A stretch of 50,468 nt of DNA from Octopus sinensis (lineage: Eukaryota): positions 1 to 50,468 of the forward strand of contig NW_021826258.1 of assembly GCF_006345805.1 (NCBI RefSeq), written 5' to 3'. Within the stretch, counting starts at the first letter, position 1. The number at the start of each line of letters is the position of its first letter. The notes under the pieces were generated by a model. The model was not told where the DNA came from, did not search any database, and saw nothing but the letters and a program-made list of their open reading frames with translations. The position numbers and the translations under genes are program-made. Shown piece after piece: positions 49,430 to 50,468 of the stretch.

Positions 49430-49774
49430 AGGAGAAGGAGGAAAGTCCAAGGGAAAAGGAAGACGGAGGGAAAAAATCGCCAACAATCCGCACGTGGTTA
49501 TATTACATTTATATATGTATGTATATGTAATATATATATATATATACATATGCAAATGCGTACATATATAAATGCGTATATTTATATATTACACACACAC
49601 ACAATATATATATATATATAAACACAACCATGCATATAAACATACATATAAACAGAACCCACATAGAAGCCTCAGGCACGCTGACACATGCAAACACACG
49701 CACACATACTTCCATTCTTCCACATATTCCCATACTTCCACACTTCCACACTTCCACATACTTCCATTCATTCA

Positions 49775-49815
<41 letters not shown>

Positions 49816-50001
49816 CCTGATGTCCAAAAGCTTTTAAAGGGTCACTTAAGGAAATGTCTGAACATGTCATTGCCTGGTCAGGGGTGAACTGAACTTTACA
49901 TGCAACTCATGGGAAGATAAAATTTTATGATCGTTATTGATTTTTAAACTGTCACCATCACTTCCGGTGTCAGGCAATATATATGTATATATATCTATGT
50001 G

Positions 50002-50038
<37 letters not shown>

Positions 50039-50049
50039 TATATATTATA

Positions 50050-50087
<38 letters not shown>

Positions 50088-50468
50088 CACGTATGGATAT
50101 ATGTGTGTGTATACATATATACATATATATGCATGTATTTATATATATATATATATATTACGTATGTATATATATATCATATATATATATATATATCTAT
50201 ATATATATACGTAATGTATATATATAGATCTATTATATATATATATATACGTATGTATATATATATATATATACATTATGCATGTATACATATATAACCT
50301 ATGGATGTATATGTATATATATATATATTTATATGTAGATAAATGTGTGTGTCTGTGTGTAGTATACGTATATAGGGAGAGAGAGAGATGCGCGTCTGTC
50401 TTAAGAGGTGTAAGGGGCGTATGTTTTTAGTGTGTGTATGTGTGCAGGGGTTGTGTGTATGTCTGTAG

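Noticed and set aside
49705-49765. (CACTTCCA)n resembling clustered ETS sites
   Set aside because: It lies within a CA-rich microsatellite and is best explained by slippage.

Overview
Eukaryotic, AT-rich, extremely microsatellite-dense DNA. The SINE, mariner and retroelement families point to a coleoid cephalopod, most likely Octopus (inference). The only host gene I can support is slit on the + strand: two 72-bp phase-2 LRR exons at 43852-43923 and 45490-45561. The ORF track does not call the first; the second lies inside ORF 45444-45656 in a different frame. Everything upstream appears to be one >43 kb intron. That intron is filled with tRNA-derived SINEs built from shuffled modules (several with clean TSDs), a full-length dead mariner, DD37D (maT) and mariner fragments, a non-autonomous Helitron, microsatellite-inserted RLE-type non-LTR 3' ends, an L1/Tx1 fragment and several fold-back elements set in (TA)n. 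The most notable structure is 13161-15177: three ~546-bp tandem units plus an inverted partial copy, each carrying a type I hammerhead-ribozyme fold with a palindromic stem III. This resembles a Penelope pLTR or retrozyme array. At least six more hammerhead-like motifs from other families are scattered through the window. Nearly all ORFs in the supplied track are microsatellite translations. All folds and homologies were judged by eye; repeat boundaries without TSDs or TIRs are approximate.
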